IMG/VR virus record: IMGVR_UViG_3300027908_000080
Coordinates: 1-51,816 of that record
DNA from: a virus
Taxonomy: Duplodnaviria; Caudoviricetes
Reading direction: 5' to 3' (one strand)
Length of the DNA: 51,816 nucleotides
Shown: positions 1-9,187 of the stretch, in pieces
Position numbering within the stretch: position 1 is the first letter of the stretch
How the letters are laid out: every line of letters starts with the position of its first letter
The notes under the pieces: model-generated
Told to the model about the DNA's origin: nothing
Database searches by the model: none
Seen by the model: the letters and a program-made list of their open reading frames with translations, nothing else
Position numbers and translations under genes: made by a program

Positions 1-10
1 AATCGCATGG
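1..10. repeat. Terminal direct repeat (AATCGCATGG), left copy; circular-assembly overlap
   Basis: Identical to 51807-51816; collapsing the overlap keeps a minus-strand ORF in frame across the join. Confidence 0.9.
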
Positions 11-2037
11 CCTGTGTCGTATCCGTCTATGTATTCGTCACCGGTTGCAATATCGCTCAAAAAACCACCGGATATTGTGCTCCAAAACATTCCCATCGCC
101 AAACCTTCACTGCCAGTGAATTGCAATGGCTGAAGTCTTATTTCCGATGTTGAAGCAGACGAGGCAGTTCCGCCAAGGACTTTTAATACGTTTGGAGCAG
201 CCGTTGCAACATAGCTGGATATTGAATTGGTCACTACAACACCTGAACCAGCCCAATTATTCGTCAAAACATTCGGCACGATGTTCGCGTAGGGGACGAC
301 GCCTGTTGTTATCGTTGTGTATCCGACCTGAAAAACATTCGCTCCAGTCGCCGGAATTGGATACAACATTACTAGGAAACAATCATTTGTCCCAATCGTC
401 ATCGTAATTGCGTTGCTTACAATCGTATTATGCGGTGGCGCAAATGTCGTGTAAGTCTCCGTGATGTCTCCATTCCAGGCGTCCTGCTCAAGATATTGCT
501 GGTTGTTTGTCCCCATCCAACCCGACAAAGAACCATTGAAAACATTCGTGGAATAATTTGTGTTGACGAGCGGAACGGTCACAGTTTCAATAAGGTTCGT
601 GCTGTAATTATGAACCAGTAACGCAGAACTACCGTCCGATAATGGCTCAATTCCAACGTCCACGTTCGTTCCGAACCTGTTTGTGCCTCCATTGTAAAAT
701 GACAGCGGAGCAAGCCATATTATGTTGTTGTATGCGGGGTCTGTCTGAATTTTCAAACAGGCGGCATTGGTCAACGAAGTTCCTCTCGTGCCCCAAAAAT
801 CCCAGGCATCTCCGATTATGAACGGACTATGAGCCAAAGCCCAAAGCGACATTTGCTGTCTGCCTTGAACCGTATCAAAAACATTTGCACTGGAAAACCA
901 ACCTTGCATCACGTTAAGAAATGGGTGGCGATTGGCATTCCAAAATCCTGCCAAATTTTGAGACAAAACAAAATGATTTATGAATCCGTCCAGAAACGAA
1001 TTTGCCGCCAACCATTCCATGTCCGCATTCAGGTAATCACAATCTGAAACTTCCCAAGGGAAAAAACGTCCGGGGTTTAAATTGGAATTTACTGGCAGAC
1101 CATTTACGGGGTCAGTTCCGGCAATGTTTGATGGAAAGGCATAGACGTAATCTACGTTGGTCGAAGCTTGGTCAACCAGCGTGAATGAAATTGACGGAAG
1201 AATTTTTCGTGCCCAATAAGAGCAATTTTCCATGTTTGCTCGAACTACAGGATCTCCACCCGGATATGCACCCGTGTTTTCAGCAAAAACAAGCCCGTCA
1301 ATTTTCCATGAGGCGAATAGAGACATATCGTTTGAGAAATCAACGGAAGCTATTGGCGTGTTGCTGAAAATTGGAACGATTGGGGAAACCAAATTTGTTC
1401 CTCCAGTTCCATTCCCGCCAATTTCGCCGTAGAACAAATATGCTTTGAATCCATTTGTGTGAAGTCTCGCTATCACTGATGCGACACCGTTTGGAAACTG
1501 GTTGGTCGTGTAGGTAAGTTGCCCGTTAGGCAGCCGTCCATAATTCCAACCTGTGTCAATAAGAACCACGTTGTATCCGTAGTTGTAAAGGCCGCTTCCA
1601 ATTAAATTTGTGGCGATTTGAAGGACGTGCATCTCGCTTGAATAGCTGTTGTTGCCGCCAGTATTGTATGGGTAATAAGTGTCCACACCGCACCATGGAA
1701 CATTTTTTAGTGACTGCGAAATATTCGCCTCCGTTCGTGGTGAAGTGAATGTGTTGCCGACAAACACATTACTAGCACTAAAACTATTACCGGCATTAGG
1801 TGCAGTCACAACGCCGGTGAAGTTTAATGCCCTAGCATCATTAGTCCCTGCTGCACTTCCCAAAGAAGTAACTATTGAACCTGTCCCACTTCCAGTAATT
1901 GCACCAGTTAAATTGGTAGCCCCACTTCCTCCACCACCTCCAGAAGTTCCAGGATTAGCACTAATAGTGCCATTAACCAATCCAGCACCCTTAGAAGTCA
2001 CGCAACTAAGTATTAGTATAACTAGAAATCTTTTCAT
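1..2037 (-). CDS. 5' part of an origin-spanning 748-aa protein: signal peptide, Gly/Thr linker, GH27 (alpha-galactosidase-like) TIM barrel and beta-sandwich; putative receptor-binding or decoration protein
   Basis: Manual translation from ATG 2037 (overlapping the TGA of the upstream gene) is open to base 1: MKRFLVILILSC..., GYNVVLIDTGW, QFPNGV..LHTNGFKAYLFY, FASWKIDG, QMSLWALAHSPFIIG, LTNAACLKIQTDP, EPLSDGSSALLVHN are colinear with GH27 motifs. Confidence 0.8.
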   Translation of the reverse strand, partial: MKRFLVILILSCVTSKGAGLVNGTISANPGTSGGGGGSGATNLTGAITGSGTGSIVTSLGSAAGTNDARALNFTGVVTAPNAGNSFSASNVFVGNTFTSPRTEANISQSLKNVPWCGVDTYYPYNTGGNNSYSSEMHVLQIATNLIGSGLYNYGYNVVLIDTGWNYGRLPNGQLTYTTNQFPNGVASVIARLHTNGFKAYLFYGEIGGNGTGGTNLVSPIVPIFSNTPIASVDFSNDMSLFASWKIDGLVFAENTGAYPGGDPVVRANMENCSYWARKILPSISFTLVDQASTNVDYVYAFPSNIAGTDPVNGLPVNSNLNPGRFFPWEVSDCDYLNADMEWLAANSFLDGFINHFVLSQNLAGFWNANRHPFLNVMQGWFSSANVFDTVQGRQQMSLWALAHSPFIIGDAWDFWGTRGTSLTNAACLKIQTDPAYNNIIWLAPLSFYNGGTNRFGTNVDVGIEPLSDGSSALLVHNYSTNLIETVTVPLVNTNYSTNVFNGSLSGWMGTNNQQYLEQDAWNGDITETYTTFAPPHNTIVSNAITMTIGTNDCFLVMLYPIPATGANVFQVGYTTITTGVVPYANIVPNVLTNNWAGSGVVVTNSISSYVATAAPNVLKVLGGTASSASTSEIRLQPLQFTGSEGLAMGMFWSTISGGFLSDIATGDEYIDGYDTGHAI

Positions 2038-2417
2038 CACAATATACTACCTTGCCCTGAAGCATTATCATTCCTCTTTAGGAGTGTAATAGCAATAGTA
2101 GTTCCGCCTCTTGAATACATAGATAGTCTCTGTCCACAGTTTGAAGCATCTAATTGCTGCCCTGAACCAAATCCATCAGTATTAGTGGATGATGGCTTAG
2201 AAAGAATACCATTAAAGTTTACTGGTGAACAATCAGAGCCAAAAGAATAGTATGTATCGTTAGCTCCTACATTCTGAACATATCTCCCCGCTAATTCACC
2301 TACAAATGCAGTAGCATTAGGTAAAACATCTTTAGCAGTCGAATCTACTAATACAACTGGTTCAGAAGGAATATTAACTACATTCTTCTCTACTGAATTT
2401 GCAACTCTTAGTGGCAT
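2037..2417 (-). CDS. Hypothetical virion protein
   Basis: 126-aa ORF in the structural arm, translationally coupled to the next gene. Confidence 0.6.
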   Translation of the reverse strand: MPLRVANSVEKNVVNIPSEPVVLVDSTAKDVLPNATAFVGELAGRYVQNVGANDTYYSFGSDCSPVNFNGILSKPSSTNTDGFGSGQQLDASNCGQRLSMYSRGGTTIAITLLKRNDNASGQGSIL

Positions 2418-2459
2418 AAATAAAGTGGGAGTATAGAGTGTTAAGTTCTATACTCCCAT
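2418..2459 (-). terminator. Intrinsic terminator downstream of the capsid and following gene
   Basis: Inverted repeat TGGGAGTATAGA / TCTATACTCCCA followed on the minus strand by CTTTATTT. Confidence 0.65.
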
Positions 2460-2471
2460 TAGTTTAGTTGA

Positions 2472-2966
2472 TTAGTGATATGTTACAGTAACAGTAGCAA
2501 TACCAAGAGAGGTATTAGTAAACCAAATTCCTTGTCGGAAATAATAGTTTACTTGGTCATACCTACTAGAGGTTGATGCAAGTGTAGCAACTCCAATAAC
2601 TTGATTATAGTTATTGGTAGTTGCTGGAACTAGATTGTTAGTCTGGTCATACAATGCAATATTAGTAGTAGCAGTAGCCACTCCATAATAGTTAGTTGTT
2701 AATGTAATCCAATTAGTAGCAACACTAAGTGTATTAGAGTATGCTGGAGTAATATATGACAACTTATTAGTTGGACTGTCGATAAATAACCCACTAACAT
2801 TAGTTGTATTTGCAGCAATAACTATTTGATTAACAGTTGCCAAGTTATTAATAGCAAGAATTTGACCCATTGTATTAGGTCCAACTACAGTGCTAACAGA
2901 ATTAGCAAATGCTGAACTTGCAAGACCAATGCCCAGAAGGGCAAGTATAGTATATTTACGAATCAT
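2472..2966 (-). CDS. Signal-peptide, TN-rich protein directly after the major capsid gene (possible capsid decoration)
   Basis: MIRKYTILALLGIGLASSAFA-N, a classic Sec signal with AxA site; many TN dipeptides; gene position. Confidence 0.6.
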   Translation of the reverse strand: MIRKYTILALLGIGLASSAFANSVSTVVGPNTMGQILAINNLATVNQIVIAANTTNVSGLFIDSPTNKLSYITPAYSNTLSVATNWITLTTNYYGVATATTNIALYDQTNNLVPATTNNYNQVIGVATLASTSSRYDQVNYYFRQGIWFTNTSLGIATVTVTYH

Positions 2967-2989
2967 ATGTTTATTAAGTTATAGTTAGA

Positions 2990-4324
2990 TTATACAGAAG
3001 CAACTGCTGGACGTGAACGAGCAATAATCATAGGGAAGGCGAAACGTCTTTCTGTAACTATAGCTCCATGGGTTAGTTGAGATTTAAGTTGTAAATTCTC
3101 ACCGAAATCATTCATTTCAATTGTTCCATCAGAGTTAGTAATAAGTAGTTGGTCAGTTAGACGAACTTCACCATTCCACCTTAGAGAATAGAATTTCTCT
3201 CCAGACATATTCTTAGTGGCAAACTCTTTAGGAGGAGGGCCAACTTTAAGTGTTTTAATGAAGTTATCTCCAAGTAGCCATGCAATAGAATATGGAGCAG
3301 ATACTAGAGATGTGTAATATGGATTAGGTTTCCACTTATTGTCTACAGGGTCAAATATTTCAGGGTCAATTGGAAATCCAGCAGCCCACAAAGTATTACC
3401 TGCACCATCAAGAATAGCAGCAGACGAGAAACGAATAGGATACTTTTTAATCTTACAAGTAATTGTTCCAAACAAAGAACCTTTGAAGTCATTAAACAAT
3501 AAATCAAGGTTCACAGTTTTAAGCATACCTTGAACACCATTAACTCCATTAACATCAGGGTCAAATGTAAAGTTAAACCAATCTTCAGAACCACAGAACA
3601 AAGCATAACGACCTTTCAAACCCTCATTATCCTTTGGCATATTCTTACTGCCATTAAATGAAGGCGCACCAAGGTCATCTTGAAGATTCATAATTGCGCG
3701 ATAAACGTCACGAATACGCAAAGATTGAATAGCTCCTGTATTACCACCAGTTCCTTGTGTAACTCCAATGAGCCACGCAGCAGTCTTAGACCCAGCAGCA
3801 TTAAGAGCTATATTACCATAAGCTGTAGGTGCACCACCAACTAATCCTGTGCCACAAAGATAAACATAGTTAGCTGCAAACCACATGATAGTTTCAATAA
3901 ACTGATTATTAGATACTGCAATTTGCTTAACAATATCATCAGAATTGAACTTAATATATTTATCCCAGAAAACTTGGAAAGAAGGAATAAAGTTAAATAC
4001 GAATGAACCATACTTGTGTTTATAAAGAATAGCTTGTTCATTACTTTCAGTAACCTGATAAATATCTTTATTAGATGCTGTAGTGATAGGATTAGGGAAA
4101 AAGAATGAACGGCCAACAGGTGAACGCTGTGGAGTAACAGCCTCCATCACTGAACCCATATTCTCTTGCCACGGAATAGAACCATACATTTGGTCAAATT
4201 CATTCCAGTTTGAATACTGTTGAATCTCGTTATGAACCAAATAGAAAGGAAGTTGTGCGAATAAATTATTCGCCTGAATAACTGCTGGACTAAATTGTCC
4301 TGGAAGGTTATAAAAACTAGGCAT
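2990..4324 (-). CDS. Major capsid protein (probable start MPSFYN at 4324, 444 aa)
   Basis: Size, position after portal and scaffold, own promoter and downstream terminator. Confidence 0.7.
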   Translation of the reverse strand: MPSFYNLPGQFSPAVIQANNLFAQLPFYLVHNEIQQYSNWNEFDQMYGSIPWQENMGSVMEAVTPQRSPVGRSFFFPNPITTASNKDIYQVTESNEQAILYKHKYGSFVFNFIPSFQVFWDKYIKFNSDDIVKQIAVSNNQFIETIMWFAANYVYLCGTGLVGGAPTAYGNIALNAAGSKTAAWLIGVTQGTGGNTGAIQSLRIRDVYRAIMNLQDDLGAPSFNGSKNMPKDNEGLKGRYALFCGSEDWFNFTFDPDVNGVNGVQGMLKTVNLDLLFNDFKGSLFGTITCKIKKYPIRFSSAAILDGAGNTLWAAGFPIDPEIFDPVDNKWKPNPYYTSLVSAPYSIAWLLGDNFIKTLKVGPPPKEFATKNMSGEKFYSLRWNGEVRLTDQLLITNSDGTIEMNDFGENLQLKSQLTHGAIVTERRFAFPMIIARSRPAVASV

Positions 4325-4463
4325 AATTAAATTAATTGTTATTTGTTGACTTACACTCAATAACAAGTTATTCGTAACTTGCAACCGAGTTGATGCCCTT
4401 CAACAAACTTTAGTAAGCAATTAACTCTATATGCCCTTATAGACTTCTAGTAGCGAGATACTG

Positions 4464-4482
4464 TAAGCAAGAATCATGCCAA
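4464..4482 (-). promoter_or_regulatory. Sigma54 (-24/-12) promoter for the capsid operon
   Basis: TTGGCATGATTCTTGCTTA on the minus strand, GG-N10-GC, intergenic, ~140 bp upstream of the capsid ATG. Confidence 0.85.
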
Positions 4483-4495
4483 CCATACTTATCTA

Positions 4496-5728
4496 CTATC
4501 TCATGCCCATTGATTCTAATAACTTCGGGTCAAGATTAAATTCTTTTGGAACATTACCATTAGAATGACTCCCGTTAGTTACTTCTCTATGGTCAGAGGA
4601 TACCTCTACTCTCTCTGATTCTTCTTTCTTAATATTTGAAACTTGTTGAGTATTTTGTGCCGCTTTAAGTTCTGCAGTTCTAATCATAAGTCCAACAACT
4701 AAGTTAGCTGACATTCTAGCACCAGTAGAATTACGTTCATAAGAAGGAAACATATTCTTCACATCATTAATAATATCTTTAAGTTTTCTATCTCCAACTC
4801 CTTCTATTTCTACTGTATGTTCTAGTAACTCTGGATTAGCTACCCAAGAGAAATGTTCTTTCTCGTATTGATTGATAGCTTGTTGGTCTAGTTGAATACG
4901 TTGCTTGAATTGTTGTGGAAATGTTTGAAGTTCACCATTTAATTGCTGATAAACATTAAGACATTTAGATAAGTTATTATTAACTCTTATTTCTGCTTTA
5001 TCAGAAAATGGAATCTCATTACTAAGTTTAGGAGAACCGTCTTGATTCCATCCAACAATATCTTGGAATGGTTTTCCAGCCTTAATATTAAGTAATGCCT
5101 GTTCCCATACTTCAGCTTCCTTCTGTGCAAAGTATTGTTTCTGTTGTAACTGTTGAAATTCAGGACTTAAAGTATATCCTTGCTCATGTTGTAGATACTG
5201 AGAGTCTTTAAGAGCGGCAAGTTGTTTATTCTCATCAATAACTTTAGCATACTCTTTCTTAGCAGTATTAGACATTTGCTTAAGAATCTGTTGCTGCTCA
5301 GTAGAGTATTTAGTATAATCGAAAGTATCTTGTTCATCTTTCTTTAGAGGAGTGATAGGCTTGATTACTTCTTTCTTGACTTCCTCTTTCTTCTGTTCTA
5401 CTTTCTTTTCATCTTTAGGAGCTTTAAGAACTGATTCAATTCCAGTCTTTTTCTTCTCTTTCTCAATTTCTTCTTTAGGTTTTTCTTCTACTTTAACTTC
5501 TTCTTTCGGTTTAGTATCATCAACTTTTGGTTTCTCCTCTCCAATCTTAACTTCAGGTTTAATTTCTTCAACTGGCTTTTTGTCAATAGTAATAGTAGAT
5601 TCTCCACTCTCACTAATAAGAGAAGGATTAAACTCAAATTTCATTTCTTTAGCCTCTTTAGTAGGCTCAGTAGGCATTTGAGGTTTGCCCACATTAGATT
5701 GTGCTGGATTAACTATAATGTCTGCCAT
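4496..5728 (-). CDS. Capsid scaffolding protein
   Basis: Highly charged K/E-rich N-terminus and coiled-coil Q-rich body, between portal and capsid genes. Confidence 0.6.
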   Translation of the reverse strand: MADIIVNPAQSNVGKPQMPTEPTKEAKEMKFEFNPSLISESGESTITIDKKPVEEIKPEVKIGEEKPKVDDTKPKEEVKVEEKPKEEIEKEKKKTGIESVLKAPKDEKKVEQKKEEVKKEVIKPITPLKKDEQDTFDYTKYSTEQQQILKQMSNTAKKEYAKVIDENKQLAALKDSQYLQHEQGYTLSPEFQQLQQKQYFAQKEAEVWEQALLNIKAGKPFQDIVGWNQDGSPKLSNEIPFSDKAEIRVNNNLSKCLNVYQQLNGELQTFPQQFKQRIQLDQQAINQYEKEHFSWVANPELLEHTVEIEGVGDRKLKDIINDVKNMFPSYERNSTGARMSANLVVGLMIRTAELKAAQNTQQVSNIKKEESERVEVSSDHREVTNGSHSNGNVPKEFNLDPKLLESMGMR

Positions 5729-5732
5729 AATA

Positions 5733-5984
5733 TTATTTCTCCGATAATTGAACGAATTTGGTTGTTTCTTTTGTTATTGATAAAATCACATCTATAGTTT
5801 TTAGACCATAAGATAAATTTCTAAAATGAGAATCAGATAAATCATTATTACCTGCTGAGAATGATAAAGAATCTACAAATGATTTCTTATGCTTTTCTAT
5901 ATTTTTAAGTAATTGTATTGTCACAGGATGAACTAACCATGCCTTATGCTCAGCACTTAATATGTTTTCAGGAGTAATATCCAT
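5733..5984 (-). CDS. Small head-assembly protein
   Basis: 83 aa with W..HPVT..LL motif, typical of the small gene between portal and scaffold in podoviruses. Confidence 0.5.
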   Translation of the reverse strand: MDITPENILSAEHKAWLVHPVTIQLLKNIEKHKKSFVDSLSFSAGNNDLSDSHFRNLSYGLKTIDVILSITKETTKFVQLSEK

Positions 5985-5989
5985 AATTA

Positions 5990-7891
5990 TTAGTTGTTCT
6001 TTTGTTGAGGTTGTGTTAGCTGTTGTGCTATCTGTTGATATTGCTGTGCGGCACTTTGAATCTTAGGGTATATGTGAACCCTTCCAGTTTCACTAAACAT
6101 TTCAGGATGCTTAGACAAATCTACAATTTCATCTCCTAAAGACTTGGCTATTTGTAATCCTTGTTGCATCATTTGTCCTTGCTGAGATTGCTTTTGTTGT
6201 TGAGCATCATTAAATGCTTTCAAATACTTAGGAGCATTATCAGGAAACATTAGTTCTGTTAAGTCAGTTAGAAATGCTTGGGCAGCAGGAGTATTTTGAT
6301 ATACTGGCCATGCTTGTTGCATCATTTGAATCTTCTGCTGTTTCTCAATAACATCCACATCTCCAGAAGGCTTAACTGTCCATTCTCTTTGATATAATGG
6401 AAATACAGTTGGAGATACTTTAATTAGTCCAGCAAGAACACGAGACTTAATAATCTCACACTCATATGTATATTGAGCCTTAGTAGCTATAGAAAATAAT
6501 GTTACTTGAACTCCAGACAACTGTTGCTGCTGTGACATTGAGGCTTTGATAGCTGTAGCAGTCTTTCTCGAATCTCCCTGCCTATTATTCTCTGCAAAAT
6601 TAACTTGTGAAGTCTCTTGCTGATTCTGAGAGACTAGCATATTAATAGCTTGATAGGTAGATGGGTCAGGAGGGGTAAGTGAAAACTCTTTAACCTTACC
6701 ATTAATCAATGCACCAGTCTTAAAATTAATATTCTTCTGCATTAAGAAATCGTCATTAGGGTCAGTAGTATCTTTAGAGAAGTAAAGCCCTGATGCCCTT
6801 CTGGCTTGAGTGAGTGTAGAAGATATTAGAGAAGAAGCAGCATTCTGAACATCTTGGTCAAGAAATACTCTGCCCTTCAAATTAGCAATTGTATCATTCT
6901 CTGATATAAGATACGGATATAAGAAGTATGGATACTGAGTCTCATATACTTCATCAGAAGGTGGGATACCAGACTTCATTTGTTCTATGTACTTATCACT
7001 AAGGGATGGGACTATCTTTTTAAGAGCTATAGATGGAACTTTACCTATAAACCTACCAACTTTAGCAGAATCAGTATTAATCTTGCGGCGGCCTAAGAAT
7101 AGAGGTCGTGGACTTCTTAACCATCCATCACATAAATTAGGACACGCCCATCCGACCTGAACAACTCCTTTTACTCTAAACATTACTTTTAATATCTTAA
7201 AAAGACTACGATTAATAGTTGTAGTTCCAGAGTAAGTATTTGATTGTTCATCATTGGGTTCAGAATCTATTATTTTTTGAACTTGTGCAGAATCCCATTT
7301 ATCATTCTCTGAATCTTTAGAAATTAATTCTTTAAGTTTAGTTCTAGTAAAATAATATGCTCTACCTAGCATTTCTACTTTTTGTAAGTCTCTAGTGTCA
7401 GCTATGAATGAAAAATCTCCAAACTGAACATACTCTCTACCTATATTACCAGGATTATTAGTATCATAAATAGTCTCACACACTCCATATCCATTAGCCT
7501 GAAATCCATCTATATTAGCATAGGCTGGTAATTGCCATCCATCCCAACGTAATTTCTCTGTTAAATCAACCTCAAGAAGGGATAAGTCAAATGATGCCTC
7601 CTGTTTATCTTTAAGTATTACTGCTCTTGGAGATTGAGTTATGTATTGAATATATGAAGATTGTTCTCGACGAATATTAGTATCAATTATATGTTGTGGA
7701 ACATACATTTCATCTGGAGCTATTCTACCAGCCTGTCTTTCAACTTCAATATCAATTTCAGCGTATCTAAGTCTACGAGAAGCTAAAGATTTTGCAGTAA
7801 GGTCAAAGCAAATATCTTTTAGATTATTAATTTTATCTACAAGAATCTTATAATCTATGCTATTGATATAGTCTGTATAGATATCTGGCAT
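5990..7891 (-). CDS. Portal protein
   Basis: 633 aa, KTAT.I motif, Q-rich C-terminal barrel, position between terminase and scaffold. Confidence 0.8.
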   Translation of the reverse strand: MPDIYTDYINSIDYKILVDKINNLKDICFDLTAKSLASRRLRYAEIDIEVERQAGRIAPDEMYVPQHIIDTNIRREQSSYIQYITQSPRAVILKDKQEASFDLSLLEVDLTEKLRWDGWQLPAYANIDGFQANGYGVCETIYDTNNPGNIGREYVQFGDFSFIADTRDLQKVEMLGRAYYFTRTKLKELISKDSENDKWDSAQVQKIIDSEPNDEQSNTYSGTTTINRSLFKILKVMFRVKGVVQVGWACPNLCDGWLRSPRPLFLGRRKINTDSAKVGRFIGKVPSIALKKIVPSLSDKYIEQMKSGIPPSDEVYETQYPYFLYPYLISENDTIANLKGRVFLDQDVQNAASSLISSTLTQARRASGLYFSKDTTDPNDDFLMQKNINFKTGALINGKVKEFSLTPPDPSTYQAINMLVSQNQQETSQVNFAENNRQGDSRKTATAIKASMSQQQQLSGVQVTLFSIATKAQYTYECEIIKSRVLAGLIKVSPTVFPLYQREWTVKPSGDVDVIEKQQKIQMMQQAWPVYQNTPAAQAFLTDLTELMFPDNAPKYLKAFNDAQQQKQSQQGQMMQQGLQIAKSLGDEIVDLSKHPEMFSETGRVHIYPKIQSAAQQYQQIAQQLTQPQQKNN

Positions 7892-7897
7892 AATATT

Positions 7898-8389
7898 TTA
7901 GTCAGACTTAGGCATATCTTCAACACTAAATTCTTCTACTTTACTGCTATCTGGATTGCTATTCATCTGCAACAGTTCTTCAGTTCCCATTTTTGCACGA
8001 ACTTTATCTGCCTCCCAATTATTACAACACGCATTTGGATGTATTTCATTTGGAGTTAATCCATTACTATTTTTATCAACTTCTTTACAATCATTCTTGC
8101 CAAATAAGAAATACTCACATCTTTTACAAGAAAATCCCTTTTTATTCTCAGCATATCCAGCTTGAACTTTTAGTATATTTCCTATAACAGGATTATAAAT
8201 TTCAGACTTAGTTCCATCTTCATGAACATAAAACCCACAAGAACCATTGTCAGGACTTATTTCATTGTCTGGCCCAAATAAAGCACATATATTTGTCTCA
8301 GGGATTCTGTTTACACATTGTCCACAAGTATATTCTGTCTCTGGATTAAATGCATATAGAACAACTTCCTTCTTTATTTTATCTCCCAT
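7898..8389 (-). CDS. Protein with two tandem HiPIP-like four-Cys domains
   Basis: CGQC..C..ISPDNGSCGFY and CKRC..C..IHPNACCNNW resemble HiPIP CxxC..C..I.P.GWC..W. Confidence 0.55.
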   Translation of the reverse strand: MGDKIKKEVVLYAFNPETEYTCGQCVNRIPETNICALFGPDNEISPDNGSCGFYVHEDGTKSEIYNPVIGNILKVQAGYAENKKGFSCKRCEYFLFGKNDCKEVDKNSNGLTPNEIHPNACCNNWEADKVRAKMGTEELLQMNSNPDSSKVEEFSVEDMPKSD

Positions 8390-8392
8390 AAC

Positions 8393-8647
8393 CTAAGAAG
8401 GCATTCCTTCTGTGCTAAAGTTCGCAGTATTAAGATGTGATTTCTTCTGGCTAGACATTAGCTTCTGTCTAATCTCAGATATTTGACTAGACATAAAATC
8501 CAGTTCTGGGATAGTAGCATCATTAATTAACTCAGAAACTTCTTTCTGAAATTCTTCAGAAATCTTTACATTATCTTCTCCTTCTTCCTTTTCTTCTTCA
8601 GGAGATTCTGACATTTCTTCCTCTTGCATTCCTTCATCTTCTTTCAT
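8393..8647 (-). CDS. Acidic hypothetical protein
   Basis: 84-aa ORF, E-rich, tightly packed in the operon. Confidence 0.55.
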   Translation of the reverse strand: MKEDEGMQEEEMSESPEEEKEEGEDNVKISEEFQKEVSELINDATIPELDFMSSQISEIRQKLMSSQKKSHLNTANFSTEGMPS

Positions 8648-8651
8648 AATA

Positions 8652-8981
8652 TTATTTAGTTGGAGTTGGTGGAGTAACTACTCCTGCAACTTTAGGAGTA
8701 ACTACAGTAGTATTACTTGGCGGAGTTTTAGTAACTTGTTCAGTCTTAACAGAAGTTTCACCCCCGACCTTATAAAGTTTCACACCATTCAACTCAATAG
8801 TATCATCATTAGAATTGAATATGATATCTTTTGCACCCTCAGTTCTAGCATTATATCTAGACATATAATTAGTCATAGGCTTAATATCAGAAGGTAAAGG
8901 TTGATTACAGGCGGGACAAATCTTAATCTCAGGCTTCTTTAGAAAGGTTCTAGCCTGAGGATTATATGTTTCTATTGGCAT
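8652..8981 (-). CDS. Hypothetical protein (CPAC motif, T/P-rich tail)
   Basis: 109-aa ORF in the operon. Confidence 0.55.
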   Translation of the reverse strand: MPIETYNPQARTFLKKPEIKICPACNQPLPSDIKPMTNYMSRYNARTEGAKDIIFNSNDDTIELNGVKLYKVGGETSVKTEQVTKTPPSNTTVVTPKVAGVVTPPTPTK

Positions 8982-8984
8982 AAA

Positions 8985-9183
8985 TTATACAGTAGATGGA
9001 GGAGTTGACATAGGTGGAACATTAGGAGCTTCCTTTTTTCTTACTAGCTTGCATTTGAAGTTTAGGATTGAATGTCCCTCTAGCATTTGACAATTCTACT
9101 TCTTTATTGATAATCTTATGATGCTCAGAAGTAGGTTGCTCAACTTTAGGTGGATAATTAAGTTCTGTTATTTTTGGTTGCAT
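8985..9183 (-). CDS. Small hypothetical protein, apparently with one extra base in an A6 run near 9034-9039
   Basis: ATG 9183 gives 53 aa; removing one A extends it to TAA at 8985-8987, abutting the next start. Confidence 0.4.
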
Positions 9184-9187
9184 AGTA

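Noticed and set aside
126-2089. Plus-strand ORFs listed at 126-2089
   Set aside because: Shadow ORFs antisense to the long origin-spanning minus-strand gene
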